Below are positions 26,410 through 35,551 of a stretch of 64,000 nucleotides of DNA, piece by piece. The position numbers and the translations under genes were made by a program. This stretch comes from a virus, in IMG/VR virus record IMGVR_UViG_3300046002_004036, positions 1 to 64,000 of that record, one strand, 5' to 3'. The notes under the pieces are model-generated. The model was not told the origin of the DNA, ran no database searches, and worked only from the letters and a program-made list of their open reading frames with translations. The first letter of the stretch is position 1. Each line of letters starts with the position of its first letter.

Positions 26410-26459
26410 TTATTCCCCTTTCAAGCGAATAAGTTAATGTACCCCCGTAGGCAGTACAT
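26410..26459 (-). promoter_or_regulatory. ROSE-like RNA thermometer in hsp20 5'UTR
   Basis: UUAUUCGCUU-GAA-AGGGGAAUAA hairpin hides the SD; a second hairpin lies 5' of it. Confidence 0.65.
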
Positions 26460-26478
26460 ATATATTATACCAAACATT

Positions 26479-26554
26479 TGGAGCAAAAGACGAGATTTGA
26501 ACTCGCAACATCTACCTTGGCAAGGTAGTACTCTACCAATTGAGTTACTTTTGC
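26479..26554 (-). tRNA. tRNA-Gly(GCC)
   Basis: cloverleaf, CTACC-TTGCCAA-GGTAG, encoded CCA. Confidence 0.95.
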
Positions 26555-26558
26555 ATTG

Positions 26559-26631
26559 CTGGTCTGGTAGGACTCGGACCTACGACTTGCGAATTAACAG
26601 TTCGCCACTCTACCAACTGAGTTACAGACCA
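26559..26631 (-). tRNA. tRNA-Asn(GTT)
   Basis: cloverleaf, GCGAA-CTGTTAA-TTCGC; T-loop TCCGAGT; no CCA. Confidence 0.9.
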
Positions 26632-26638
26632 AAACCTA

Positions 26639-27526
26639 CTAACTTAAAAGCGAAGGATACTTTCCTGCTTTTGGTAATGAACCTACAAATACATCCCAGG
26701 ATTCATCTTTAATTTTGTTAACTGCCATGGATGCTGCTACTACTGTTGCAACTGAAGTACCACTCATTGCAGTCATATTGCCACGATAATCAGGAATCTT
26801 TAGACATGCCGTTCCAATAAAGTTAGCACATACTCTAGAGACAATGCTTGTTGTGTCATTTATATTGCTATTTTTAACTACCGTTCCATCAGCGACAGCA
26901 CCTGCAACAGAATAAACTCCAGTTACACAGGAAGGAAATCCAATATGGTTTTTCTTTGAATCATTACCTGTTGCCACAAAAGTTGCAACATTGTTTGACT
27001 TTAAAATAGAAACAGAAGACTCAAATAAAGCATCTGTTGGACAGGTTCCCACTGGAAAGTTACTTCTAGACTGACTAATAGATACAGCCTTGATATTAAA
27101 CTTAGATGAGTTTACTGAAACCCATGCAAGTGCACGAGCCAAAGATCCTCCATCATTGCGAATCATTGAAAAAGTATCATAAACTTTTTCATCGGAAATG
27201 CGAATAAATACAATTTTAATATTAGGATTAATTACTGTTGCAATTTTTGCCATGTTATAACCATGGTCTGAACCTTTAATCTTAAAATCATTTATTGCTG
27301 CAACTCCAGCCCCTTCAGAGAAAGAATAAGCTCCTTTTGAATCTGAAAGATTTTTGCCATTTGGACAAGTTTTTAAAGTAAAGCAAACTTCATAAACAAT
27401 GTTTGTAAACTTTGATGAATCAATTGCTGAATCAATAATTGCAATTGTTTGATTTTCTGCTGCTTGAACTGGTTGAACTAATACAAGTCCAAATACTGCT
27501 AGTAATAACCCCACTGCTTTTTTCAT
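26639..27526 (-). CDS. secreted subtilisin-like (S8) serine protease
   Basis: signal peptide; AIIDS, DHG, ATGND, SGTS triad motifs. Confidence 0.9.
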   Translation of the reverse strand: MKKAVGLLLAVFGLVLVQPVQAAENQTIAIIDSAIDSSKFTNIVYEVCFTLKTCPNGKNLSDSKGAYSFSEGAGVAAINDFKIKGSDHGYNMAKIATVINPNIKIVFIRISDEKVYDTFSMIRNDGGSLARALAWVSVNSSKFNIKAVSISQSRSNFPVGTCPTDALFESSVSILKSNNVATFVATGNDSKKNHIGFPSCVTGVYSVAGAVADGTVVKNSNINDTTSIVSRVCANFIGTACLKIPDYRGNMTAMSGTSVATVVAASMAVNKIKDESWDVFVGSLPKAGKYPSLLS

Positions 27527-27535
27527 TTTTTCTCC

Positions 27536-27727
27536 TTATATCATTAGACGGACTACATGGCAACATGGGTCACCACCGTCATCCCATTCTTTAACTTCTT
27601 CTTCGCTCATGAACTCATATCCACCATCATGAGTATTACAGTATGGATCTGAAATCCATCCCCGCTCAATACCGCTTGTTAGCCAAATACCAAACTCTGC
27701 ATCTTCTATGCTATCTTCTTTATGCAT
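27536..27727 (-). CDS. small Cys/His protein, leaderless
   Basis: CNTHDG...DPCCHVVRL; TATACT-N6-ATG. Confidence 0.8.
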   Translation of the reverse strand: MHKEDSIEDAEFGIWLTSGIERGWISDPYCNTHDGGYEFMSEEEVKEWDDGGDPCCHVVRLMI

Positions 27728-27742
27728 ATTATAAGTATACTC

Positions 27743-28273
27743 CTAAACGCTTACTACGTCAACTGGGCCCATACATGATGGACTAAATTTAATTGCTGAA
27801 TTTACTGCACCTACTACACGTTTTCTTGCATCTTTTGCTTTTTCCGTGGCATTTAAATATCCATAAGCATACTCAGCTCCTGACCCCATAGCAAGGTATG
27901 GAAGTGTATATTTAGACAAAGACATGTCTGCTGAACTATGTTCATATATATTTCCACGAACTGCAATTATTAAACCAAGGTCACCTTCTTTTGAAGTATC
28001 CACCCAGAAATCATTATAGAATGCACGAAGTTGTTTAATAAATTTAGTTTGCATAAATTTATCTGTATCTTTAATATCTGGTACATAAGGGTTAAAGTTA
28101 TAGCGTATTCGCTCACCATCCATTGATCCAGCATATCCAATTAAATAGGGTCCTAGTTTCCAAACCTTTGGACTAGATAGTGCTAAGATAGTGCCATCGT
28201 CAGATGCACCACGTTCTCCAGCCATATATATTTTATTATTTATTTCATCACGAACTACTGCAATACAAGTCAT
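27743..28273 (-). CDS. Ntn-hydrolase, proteasome-beta/HslV-like peptidase
   Basis: M-T-C-I start (Thr1), K33-equivalent PKV, GYAG, MGSG. Confidence 0.85.
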   Translation of the reverse strand: MTCIAVVRDEINNKIYMAGERGASDDGTILALSSPKVWKLGPYLIGYAGSMDGERIRYNFNPYVPDIKDTDKFMQTKFIKQLRAFYNDFWVDTSKEGDLGLIIAVRGNIYEHSSADMSLSKYTLPYLAMGSGAEYAYGYLNATEKAKDARKRVVGAVNSAIKFSPSCMGPVDVVSV

Positions 28274-28303
28274 GCAGAAACCCCTCCCAAAGCGATATAT
28301 TTA

Positions 28304-28332
28304 AGTATACCACCCCTAGGAGGGGCTGTCAA
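28304..28332 (-). promoter_or_regulatory. promoter for proteasome-like gene
   Basis: TTGACA-17-TATACT on - strand. Confidence 0.75.
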
Positions 28333-28352
28333 ACAAGGTCAAATATGTTTAA

Positions 28353-28652
28353 CTATGCTGTCTTTGATTTTGATCTGCGTGTTTCTACTACTTCATCTTG
28401 TACAGTTTTTGCATTTTTATCTGTTGTAGAAAATGCTGCGTTGATTTCATCTCTTGTAAGTCTTCCGTCATCCATAAATGCACGAGCCAACTTCTCAACA
28501 ACGACTGCTACTGCACTAAGGCCTGCTACTGTCATTGCTTTTGCTACTGATATTCCTGCAATTGCACCAGCGCCGATTACTGCAAGTGCATTTGCTGCAA
28601 ACACTGCGAGAATACGCATGAGAATATTCCATATATTTGTTATGCTATTCAT
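28353..28652 (-). CDS. 2-TM membrane protein
   Basis: hydrophobic helices then DDGRLTRDEINAAF. Confidence 0.8.
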   Translation of the reverse strand: MNSITNIWNILMRILAVFAANALAVIGAGAIAGISVAKAMTVAGLSAVAVVVEKLARAFMDDGRLTRDEINAAFSTTDKNAKTVQDEVVETRRSKSKTA

Positions 28653-28654
28653 TT

Positions 28655-28834
28655 TTACTCCTCTCTATTTCTAATTGGACTAGTAATAATCCAAAGACCA
28701 AGTGTCGCTATAATTCCATAGCCAACGATAGTTTTTGCACTACCGTCCAAAACAACCCAGGCAATAAACATTCCAAGAAGGGTCCATGCCTGATCTATTA
28801 GGTCTTTCATTATATTTTTTAGTATTCTTACCAT
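28655..28834 (-). CDS. small 2-TM membrane protein (59 aa)
   Basis: DQAWTLLGMFIAWVVLDGSAK; GGAGG RBS; absent from ORF track. Confidence 0.8.
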   Translation of the reverse strand: MVRILKNIMKDLIDQAWTLLGMFIAWVVLDGSAKTIVGYGIIATLGLWIITSPIRNREE

Positions 28835-30900
28835 TTTCTTCCTCCTCTTGAACCTGGTGAATTGCTGCCTGAGCCTCCACCAGAACTTCCTCCACCACTA
28901 GAGCCTCCTGCTGCTCCTCCTGCTGCAACCGCTGCTGCGTTAATTGCTGCACCTGTTGCTACAACTGTTGCAACAACCATATCTGTTGCCTCTTCTCTTT
29001 CGCTTTCTGTCATGTCGGCACCAATACTTCCAATGGCTGCTAAGGCTGCCCCTGGATCAGTGAATACTGCTTCTATTAATGCTCCTGGATCTTGAACTAA
29101 TTCTACGTTTGCTGCAACTTCTGCAGTAATAACAAGCACCTCACCAGACTCTGATGTTCTAACTTCAATTGGAGTATCTGGTGGCAAGTCTTTAAGTTCA
29201 ACTCCAGAGGCTTGAATTTCTGCTACTGAAATTGATTCTCCTGGCTTAAGGTCTTCTATTAATGTTGCTATCACAACATCTTTTTGCTCTTCAGTTAATT
29301 CTTTTCCAGACTCTACATCTTTCTTTATATCATCAATAATTTTTTCTTCTTCTGCAATAACCGCTAACTCTTCTGCAATTTCCGCTTCTTCCTCTGCTAT
29401 GGCTGCTTCCTTTTCTGCTATAGCATTTGCTATTTCTTGTTCCATAGCCTCTTGCTCAGCAGCAATTTTTTCTTCTTCTGCTTTGGCATTTGCCTCTTCT
29501 TGCGCTTCTGCTTCTTCTTGTGCAATACGGTCTGCTTCTGCTTGGGCTTCTGCTTCCATTTGTGCTTGTGCCGCTTCAAGTTCTGCTGCTATACGATCAG
29601 CCTCTGCATTTGCATCTATCTCTGCCTGTATTCTTGCTGCCTCTTCTGCCATTGCTGCTTCTTCTTCTGCAATTTTGGCAGCAAGTTCTGCTGCAATTCT
29701 ATTTGCTTCTGCATTGGCTGCAGCAATTTCTGCAAGCCTGTTTGCTTCTGCTTGTGCTTCTGCTGCTTGCTGTGCAATTAACGCTGCTGTTTCTGCTTGT
29801 ATCCTTGCTGCTTCTGCTTGTTGTGCAGATAACTGGGCTGCTACCTGTGCAGCAATTTCTGCCTCAGTTGGTCCAGTAGGTACTACTGTAACTGGTCCTG
29901 TTGGAACCGCTGGTGTTGTTACAGTTGTTGTTTCGCTAGGTATTGTAACAGTTGCTGTTTCAGGTGTTGGTGTTGTTACGGTTGTTGTTTCAGAGGGGCT
30001 GGGAGTCGGAGTAGGGGAAGGCTCTGGAACAGGTGCTACATATGTAGAACCAGTAACAACATTTGAATTTACAGAGTAAAGGGCAAATGTATCGTTATCT
30101 GATCTAATATGAAATGACCATACTGTTCCTGCTGGCATAAGACCATCTAGTAAAGAATGATTGATTGTAATTGTTGTATTTAAAGAATTTGGTCCACCAA
30201 CATTTCCAGTTGCAATTCCCCAGCCATTGCATCCAGAACAATTAAAACTAATTGCATATCTTTCTGGTTGAGTGTTTCCAGTGTCTGGTGCTTCCCAACT
30301 TAAAACTGTTGATGTTTCTCCACTAATTATTGTTAAGTTTCTTGGAGGACCTATTGTTTTTATTACTGGGGCTGCCTGTGAAGTAAATGCTGATGCTGGA
30401 ATAATATCCATAGATCCAGATTGATCCCAGTTTAAAAATACGTTTGCTCCCCCGCCATTTTCATAGTACATTAACTCTATGGTTTTTGGAACTCCAGCTG
30501 TAAAAGATATTGGATCAGTCGTAGTTCCTCCACCACCTTTATCAACCCAGTCATCTGCCACTAATACTTCATCAATATATAACCTTGTACCATCGTCTGC
30601 TGTTGCTAAAAATGATATATTTTGAGTTGTATTACTAACAATAGACCCAGTAAATCGTACGATAACATCCTCTGAAGGGCCACCTAAGACACTACCACCA
30701 CCCCACTGGAAGTCAATGTTGGGTACATTTGTAGTTACTACTGGAGAGGCTCCCTGTGGTATATAAGGGGCACCATTCTGTCCCAGTACATCATAGACCT
30801 GAGCAGTCAAACCTTCTGCTGCGTGGGCCTTATCAATTATTAAAAGCAGGGGAAATAGAGCAAGGGATAAGACCAATGCTATTCTTAATAATATTTTAAT
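28828..30900 (-). CDS. exported PA14 + FN3 + P/T linker + coiled-coil membrane-anchored protein
   Basis: ADDGTRLYID, YYENGGGA (PA14); EA-rich helix; likely ATT start at 30900. Confidence 0.85.
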   Translation of the reverse strand: MKILLRIALVLSLALFPLLLIIDKAHAAEGLTAQVYDVLGQNGAPYIPQGASPVVTTNVPNIDFQWGGGSVLGGPSEDVIVRFTGSIVSNTTQNISFLATADDGTRLYIDEVLVADDWVDKGGGGTTTDPISFTAGVPKTIELMYYENGGGANVFLNWDQSGSMDIIPASAFTSQAAPVIKTIGPPRNLTIISGETSTVLSWEAPDTGNTQPERYAISFNCSGCNGWGIATGNVGGPNSLNTTITINHSLLDGLMPAGTVWSFHIRSDNDTFALYSVNSNVVTGSTYVAPVPEPSPTPTPSPSETTTVTTPTPETATVTIPSETTTVTTPAVPTGPVTVVPTGPTEAEIAAQVAAQLSAQQAEAARIQAETAALIAQQAAEAQAEANRLAEIAAANAEANRIAAELAAKIAEEEAAMAEEAARIQAEIDANAEADRIAAELEAAQAQMEAEAQAEADRIAQEEAEAQEEANAKAEEEKIAAEQEAMEQEIANAIAEKEAAIAEEEAEIAEELAVIAEEEKIIDDIKKDVESGKELTEEQKDVVIATLIEDLKPGESISVAEIQASGVELKDLPPDTPIEVRTSESGEVLVITAEVAANVELVQDPGALIEAVFTDPGAALAAIGSIGADMTESEREEATDMVVATVVATGAAINAAAVAAGGAAGGSSGGGSSGGGSGSNSPGSRGGRKW

Positions 30901-30962
30901 ATTTAACTCCTTGTAGTCGTAGTGGTGGTATGACTAACAAGACTATTATATCATTTTATAGA

Positions 30963-30995
30963 AACAAAAAAGGGGCTAGCACTTGGCTAACCCCC
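30963..30995 (-). terminator. intrinsic terminator
   Basis: GGGGTTAGC-caagt-GCTAGCCCC + TTTTTT on - strand. Confidence 0.8.
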
Positions 30996-31010
30996 TAATT
31001 GTTGGATTAA

Positions 31011-32717
31011 TTAAGCACGAACCTTCTTTTGGATCTTTACGACCAAAGCGGTTAGTGATGTAAGTTGCTTCTTTAGTGAAGCAATTAATGTTGCAACTTC
31101 AGTTGACAACTTAGCAACTGCATCAACTGCAGCCTGTGCAGAAACTGTTGCTGCATCTGCTGCTTTTGCTGCTGCATTTGCTGCATCTGTAGCAGCCTGT
31201 GCTGCTTTTGCTGCATCTTCAGAAGCCTTTGTAGCAGCTTTTGCTGCTTCATTAGAAACCTTTGCTGATGCTGCGACAAGAACTTGTCCAGCAAGTGGAA
31301 GTGAAGTTCCACCTGTTGCTGAGATAGTTACAGTATTTTCTGACAAAGGCATAAATACCTTATAAGACTTTACTGTTTCTGTATCAGTTGTAATTGATGT
31401 TGCTGTAATAACATCGGATCCTGAACCAAATGCATATGTAGAAGTAATTCCACCTGTAGCAAATAGGTTAGCATGTGTCTTTCCAGATACTGGAAGACCT
31501 GATGCATCAAGAACTTGAACCTTAACGGTTGCTGCTTCTCCTGGCATATAAACTTCTTTGTCAAAAGACAACTTTACAGTTGCTGCTGTACCCTCTACAC
31601 GAGTAGATACTGGGTTAGAAGAAATTGTGCCAGACTTAATTGTAACTGCAACTCCGCCAGCCTTAACGCCTGTAAGAGTGAACACTGCTTCACCATTGAC
31701 AATAGTTGCTGCTGTACCTGTATCAGATACTACTGCAATATCGCTTGAGTACGCATTAAGTGTTCCTGCACCTACTGTTACGCCTGCTGCATCTTTTGCA
31801 ACTGCCTTAACAGTTGTTACGTTTGCACCAACAGCAATAACAGACTTAATTGAAGTTGCTACGATTGAAGCAATGTCTCCATAGAATGTTACTTGCTCTG
31901 TTGCAATTACTGTGCCTGTAAGAGTTGTAAGAGTAATTGTTGATACTCCTGCTGTACCGTCAGCAAATACACCAATGTAATTGCCTGTAGGAATTACTAA
32001 TGCACGACCAGTTGCTGACATTGTTGTAGCATTTGATCCGTACCCAATAAGTCCTGAACCTGAAACAGTTGCAAGGATTGACTCTGTTGCTGATCCGCCT
32101 GCTGCATTTTTAGGTGTAACAACGATAACCGCTGCTGCATCTGTTGCTGTAGCCTTTGGAGCATAAACTGAAGCATCTGCTGTTGCAGTTGTAACTTCAC
32201 CAGAATTTAAAAATGAAGTTGTAGTTGAAGCAGAAGGTGTTAGATCCGCTGCCTTAACTGTAACTGTCCATGCTACTGAAGGACCATTTGCTGGTGTTGT
32301 AGTAAGAATTCGTGCATCATATGTACCTGCAACTGAAGGTGCATTCAAAGTTACCAAGAACTTTGCTGTTACATATGTAGGTGTATTAACTGTTGAGTTA
32401 ATATCTGCTGAAACATTATTGCCTGCAATAACTACAGATGCAGTTGAAGTTTCAATTAGTGACATAGTTGCAGACTTTGCTGCACCTGTTGGTTGTGAAA
32501 ACATAGCAGAGATAACTGTTGCAGTATCTGCTAATGTTTGAGAAATAAATGACAATGTGACTACTGCAGTTGCAGACTCACCAGCGGTAACGGCATCAGT
32601 TGCCGCATCAATAGTTAGAGTTGGTGCATTTACAGCAGCACTTGTCGGAAGTGCCGATAGTACGCCAAAAGACATTGCTGCAGCTAGTCCTAGAGCGATT
32701 TTTTTAAATGAATTCAT
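31011..32717 (-). CDS. secreted Ala/Thr/Val-rich Ig-like surface protein with C-terminal coiled coil
   Basis: MNSFKKIALGLAAA signal peptide; Big-like beta repeats; AAxAAxDAA tail. Confidence 0.8.
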   Translation of the reverse strand: MNSFKKIALGLAAAMSFGVLSALPTSAAVNAPTLTIDAATDAVTAGESATAVVTLSFISQTLADTATVISAMFSQPTGAAKSATMSLIETSTASVVIAGNNVSADINSTVNTPTYVTAKFLVTLNAPSVAGTYDARILTTTPANGPSVAWTVTVKAADLTPSASTTTSFLNSGEVTTATADASVYAPKATATDAAAVIVVTPKNAAGGSATESILATVSGSGLIGYGSNATTMSATGRALVIPTGNYIGVFADGTAGVSTITLTTLTGTVIATEQVTFYGDIASIVATSIKSVIAVGANVTTVKAVAKDAAGVTVGAGTLNAYSSDIAVVSDTGTAATIVNGEAVFTLTGVKAGGVAVTIKSGTISSNPVSTRVEGTAATVKLSFDKEVYMPGEAATVKVQVLDASGLPVSGKTHANLFATGGITSTYAFGSGSDVITATSITTDTETVKSYKVFMPLSENTVTISATGGTSLPLAGQVLVAASAKVSNEAAKAATKASEDAAKAAQAATDAANAAAKAADAATVSAQAAVDAVAKLSTEVATLIASLKKQLTSLTALVVKIQKKVRA

Positions 32718-32737
32718 CTTTCTCCTTGTTAGTATTT

Positions 32738-34525
32738 TTATAATAAATTGAAATTAACGAGATAATCCCGAACTTCTTCAGGAATTTCCCGATTATCCAA
32801 TTCTACCATACGTTGTTCTTGTTCTGCAAGTCGTTGCGATGAACGTGACCAAGTATGAATATCAATCTCTAGATTAGTGTTCTTAGGGGTGTGCGATAAA
32901 GCACCAAATACCGCACCTGTTACGGCATCCGATAAGTCTTTTGACTTTTTACGTGGGTGATCTACCTTTTTATCATTAATAATCTTAAGCTCTGACATTT
33001 CATCAAGCAATAAAGGAATTCTTGGCATAGCAACACGCTCTTCATATATCATCATTGCAAGATCTTCATAATGTTTTTTACCAACAGACACAGTATCTGT
33101 TCTTATTCCTACTGCCTGAAGTTCTTGTTGAATATCAAATGACTGCCATCTATCAAACGTTACCATTCCAAGATTAAAACCTTGTCTGCGAAGGTTTTGA
33201 ATCCACTGCTTAACCTCAGAAAGATTAACTGGTCCTTCTACTTTTGGCTCCCACCAAACCACAGCATCAACAATAATAATTGGAGCAACCTGTTCATAAT
33301 CTTTAACTACTTGCAAGTTTACCCACTTATCTACATGTGCAATTGCTACTGCACACTTGTCGTGTTTCTGTGCAAGGTCAGCGTGAACATAGTAAACTTT
33401 GTCTGGATCTGGCTTAAATGATTCATCAAACCTTTTATTATTATCAATTGGGTTTCTAAGAGTCATACACTTTTCAAGTTTATCTTTTTGTTTAAAGAAT
33501 GCATCGGATGCAAATGTTGGTACACAAGCAAAGCGTTGCATGGCATCTCCCATGTCTGTAAAGAATGCTAACCTAAAGTCATCTATTTTACGAGTAGGGT
33601 TTACTACCCATGTAGGTCTTTTTAATGCAAATACTCCAGGGTATTTATAGGCAATGATTTGATCTTCATCCCAGGCAATATCTAAATAGTTACCCTCAAG
33701 GTCATCTGGGAAATCTGGATTCATAATAAATCTGTGTGTATATGTTATTGCTTCTTTTTCCATAATTGAATCTTCATATTTTTGTGATATAAAGTCCCCT
33801 GGAAAACGTGGGAATGATAGAAGTGCAACCTTACCAAGATCTGGAAAACGAGAGTCAACAGATGCACGGAATGCTTTATAAATATTATCAGCAGTTTTTC
33901 CTTGATCATTGCCAGTTCCAACTTCTTGTGCAAACCCAGAAATTTCATCAAGTACTGCAAGTATAAGGTTTAACCCTTCATGTGATTCACGTTCTGAGTG
34001 ACCAGAATAAACAGTTATTGCTTTATCAAACTCAATGCTTTCAGCTTTTGCATTATACTTTCCTGCAAACCATTCAGACTTCTCAATCTTGGTTTTAAAA
34101 CCTTTAAAGAAAACGTTCTTAGCCTGTTGAGCATTAATGGCAACGTTAATAATGTCAATAGCATCTCCTGCAGGCTTACCAAAATATCTAGCAGGATCCT
34201 TCAAGCATAATAGTTTATATACTATGTATGCACACGCTACAGTTGATGTAAAGTCTTTTCCAGATCCCTTGCCAAGTTGCAGAATTACTTCATTCTTTGT
34301 ATATTTTTTATAGTAACGGTGGCCTTCTTCTGCACCCAAAAGATCAACAAGGTCTTCTTCTCTGTATATTTGGCTCATTGCTTCAACTATGTCGTATTGA
34401 ACATCTGAAAGTGGTGGCTGATTTAAATATGCTTCACCCTCAACAAATGTTTTAGCATCTACTGGAAGTTCTTCAAAGTTATTATTTTTTAGTGCCTCAA
34501 AAAAATCATTGAACATTGTGGACAA
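32738..34525 (-). CDS. terL: terminase large subunit
   Basis: GKGSGKD Walker A, VLDE Walker B, HADLA, TFDRWQS, DHP..SKDLSDA. Confidence 0.9.
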   Translation of the reverse strand: MSTMFNDFFEALKNNNFEELPVDAKTFVEGEAYLNQPPLSDVQYDIVEAMSQIYREEDLVDLLGAEEGHRYYKKYTKNEVILQLGKGSGKDFTSTVACAYIVYKLLCLKDPARYFGKPAGDAIDIINVAINAQQAKNVFFKGFKTKIEKSEWFAGKYNAKAESIEFDKAITVYSGHSERESHEGLNLILAVLDEISGFAQEVGTGNDQGKTADNIYKAFRASVDSRFPDLGKVALLSFPRFPGDFISQKYEDSIMEKEAITYTHRFIMNPDFPDDLEGNYLDIAWDEDQIIAYKYPGVFALKRPTWVVNPTRKIDDFRLAFFTDMGDAMQRFACVPTFASDAFFKQKDKLEKCMTLRNPIDNNKRFDESFKPDPDKVYYVHADLAQKHDKCAVAIAHVDKWVNLQVVKDYEQVAPIIIVDAVVWWEPKVEGPVNLSEVKQWIQNLRRQGFNLGMVTFDRWQSFDIQQELQAVGIRTDTVSVGKKHYEDLAMMIYEERVAMPRIPLLLDEMSELKIINDKKVDHPRKKSKDLSDAVTGAVFGALSHTPKNTNLEIDIHTWSRSSQRLAEQEQRMVELDNREIPEEVRDYLVNFNLL

Positions 34526-35042
34526 CGGTAATCACTTCCCCATCTTTTGCAACAGATGAAAGTCTGTACATAATTAGGTCTCTAATGTCTGGATGAGTGG
34601 AAGCAATATCTCTAAGAATACCAACTAAAACTTCTTGTCTTTTTTCAATCTCAACTATTTCTTCTGCAAGTTCTTTGTTTTCAAGAAGGCCTGCTTTTTG
34701 TAGCATATCAATTCTTGCTTTTTCAATATCAACAACTAGCTTAATTGCTTGTGTCTTTGCGCTAAGATTATTTACCATAGAGGCTTCATCAATAACTTCA
34801 TAAGACTTTGTAATTAATTTACTATAGTGAGCATCCATTGCGGCAAGTGCTTCCTTAGCACGAGCACGAATTGCATCATTAGCGGAAGCCATGACTTTCC
34901 ACTCATTTATAAGTTCTACAACACGAACTCTAGGAATTGCTAATTCTTTAGAAATTCTAGTTGGGTCAGTTCCTTTAAGATACTCTGAGACAACAGTATT
35001 TACCTGATCAAGATGTTTTACTAAATCTTCTTCAGTTGACAT
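34506..35042 (-). CDS. HTH/helical protein, candidate terminase small subunit
   Basis: N-terminal HTH; directly upstream of terL. Confidence 0.55.
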   Translation of the reverse strand: MSTEEDLVKHLDQVNTVVSEYLKGTDPTRISKELAIPRVRVVELINEWKVMASANDAIRARAKEALAAMDAHYSKLITKSYEVIDEASMVNNLSAKTQAIKLVVDIEKARIDMLQKAGLLENKELAEEIVEIEKRQEVLVGILRDIASTHPDIRDLIMYRLSSVAKDGEVITVVHNVQ

Positions 35043-35283
35043 ATTTTCCCTCTAGCCTGTTAATTTCATCCTTGATATAAAATATTGCCTTTTCAAGATC
35101 TTGAATTGTTTTTGATTCATCTTTAAGACCTGCTCGCCAGAGATACTTAAAAGCATTACCAATATTAAAATTGCGATGGCGAGTAATATCTATACATTCT
35201 ACGCCTGAAGGATCTGTTGTGTAATGTTGTGGATGATTGACTTGATCAACTGTAATGTTTAAATTATTACTCAATTGGCTCAT
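35032..35283 (-). CDS. DUF3310-like protein
   Basis: VNHPQHY...ECID...GNAFKYLWRAGLK...DLEKA. Confidence 0.9.
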   Translation of the reverse strand: MSQLSNNLNITVDQVNHPQHYTTDPSGVECIDITRHRNFNIGNAFKYLWRAGLKDESKTIQDLEKAIFYIKDEINRLEGKYVN

Positions 35284-35395
35284 CCTCTTCTAAATCAAAT
35301 GCCTCTGGCAAAACTTTAAATATTGTAAGAATATAAGTTATTCCTACTGCTCCAGCAATACCAAGACCAATAATGGTTTTTTGTAACTTGTTCAT
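35267..35395 (-). CDS. single-TM microprotein (42 aa)
   Basis: MNKLQKTIIGLGIAGAVGITY; ATGA overlap. Confidence 0.7.
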   Translation of the reverse strand: MNKLQKTIIGLGIAGAVGITYILTIFKVLPEAFDLEEDEPIE

Positions 35396-35547
35396 CGTTT
35401 TGACTTCCTTAATCCAAACTTAGCAAGATAAACGTAGATAGTTTCTACGCTTGCTCCACACTCTTTGGCAATTTCTTCTGGGGTTTTTTTATCCATAAGA
35501 TACCTCTTACGCATAAAAACCTCTGATGTATATAGTTTAGCAGCCAT
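35392..35547 (-). CDS. small HTH DNA-binding protein
   Basis: KTPEEIAKECGASVETIYVYLAKFGL. Confidence 0.8.
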   Translation of the reverse strand: MAAKLYTSEVFMRKRYLMDKKTPEEIAKECGASVETIYVYLAKFGLRKSKR

Positions 35548-35551
35548 ATTA

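Noticed and set aside
26002-26712. 236-aa + strand ORF
   Set aside because: Antisense to hsp20 and two tRNAs; no RBS or protein-like features.
29399-30079. Several Ala/Ser/Cys/Leu-rich + strand ORFs
   Set aside because: Antisense artefacts of the GCA/GAA-rich coiled-coil region.
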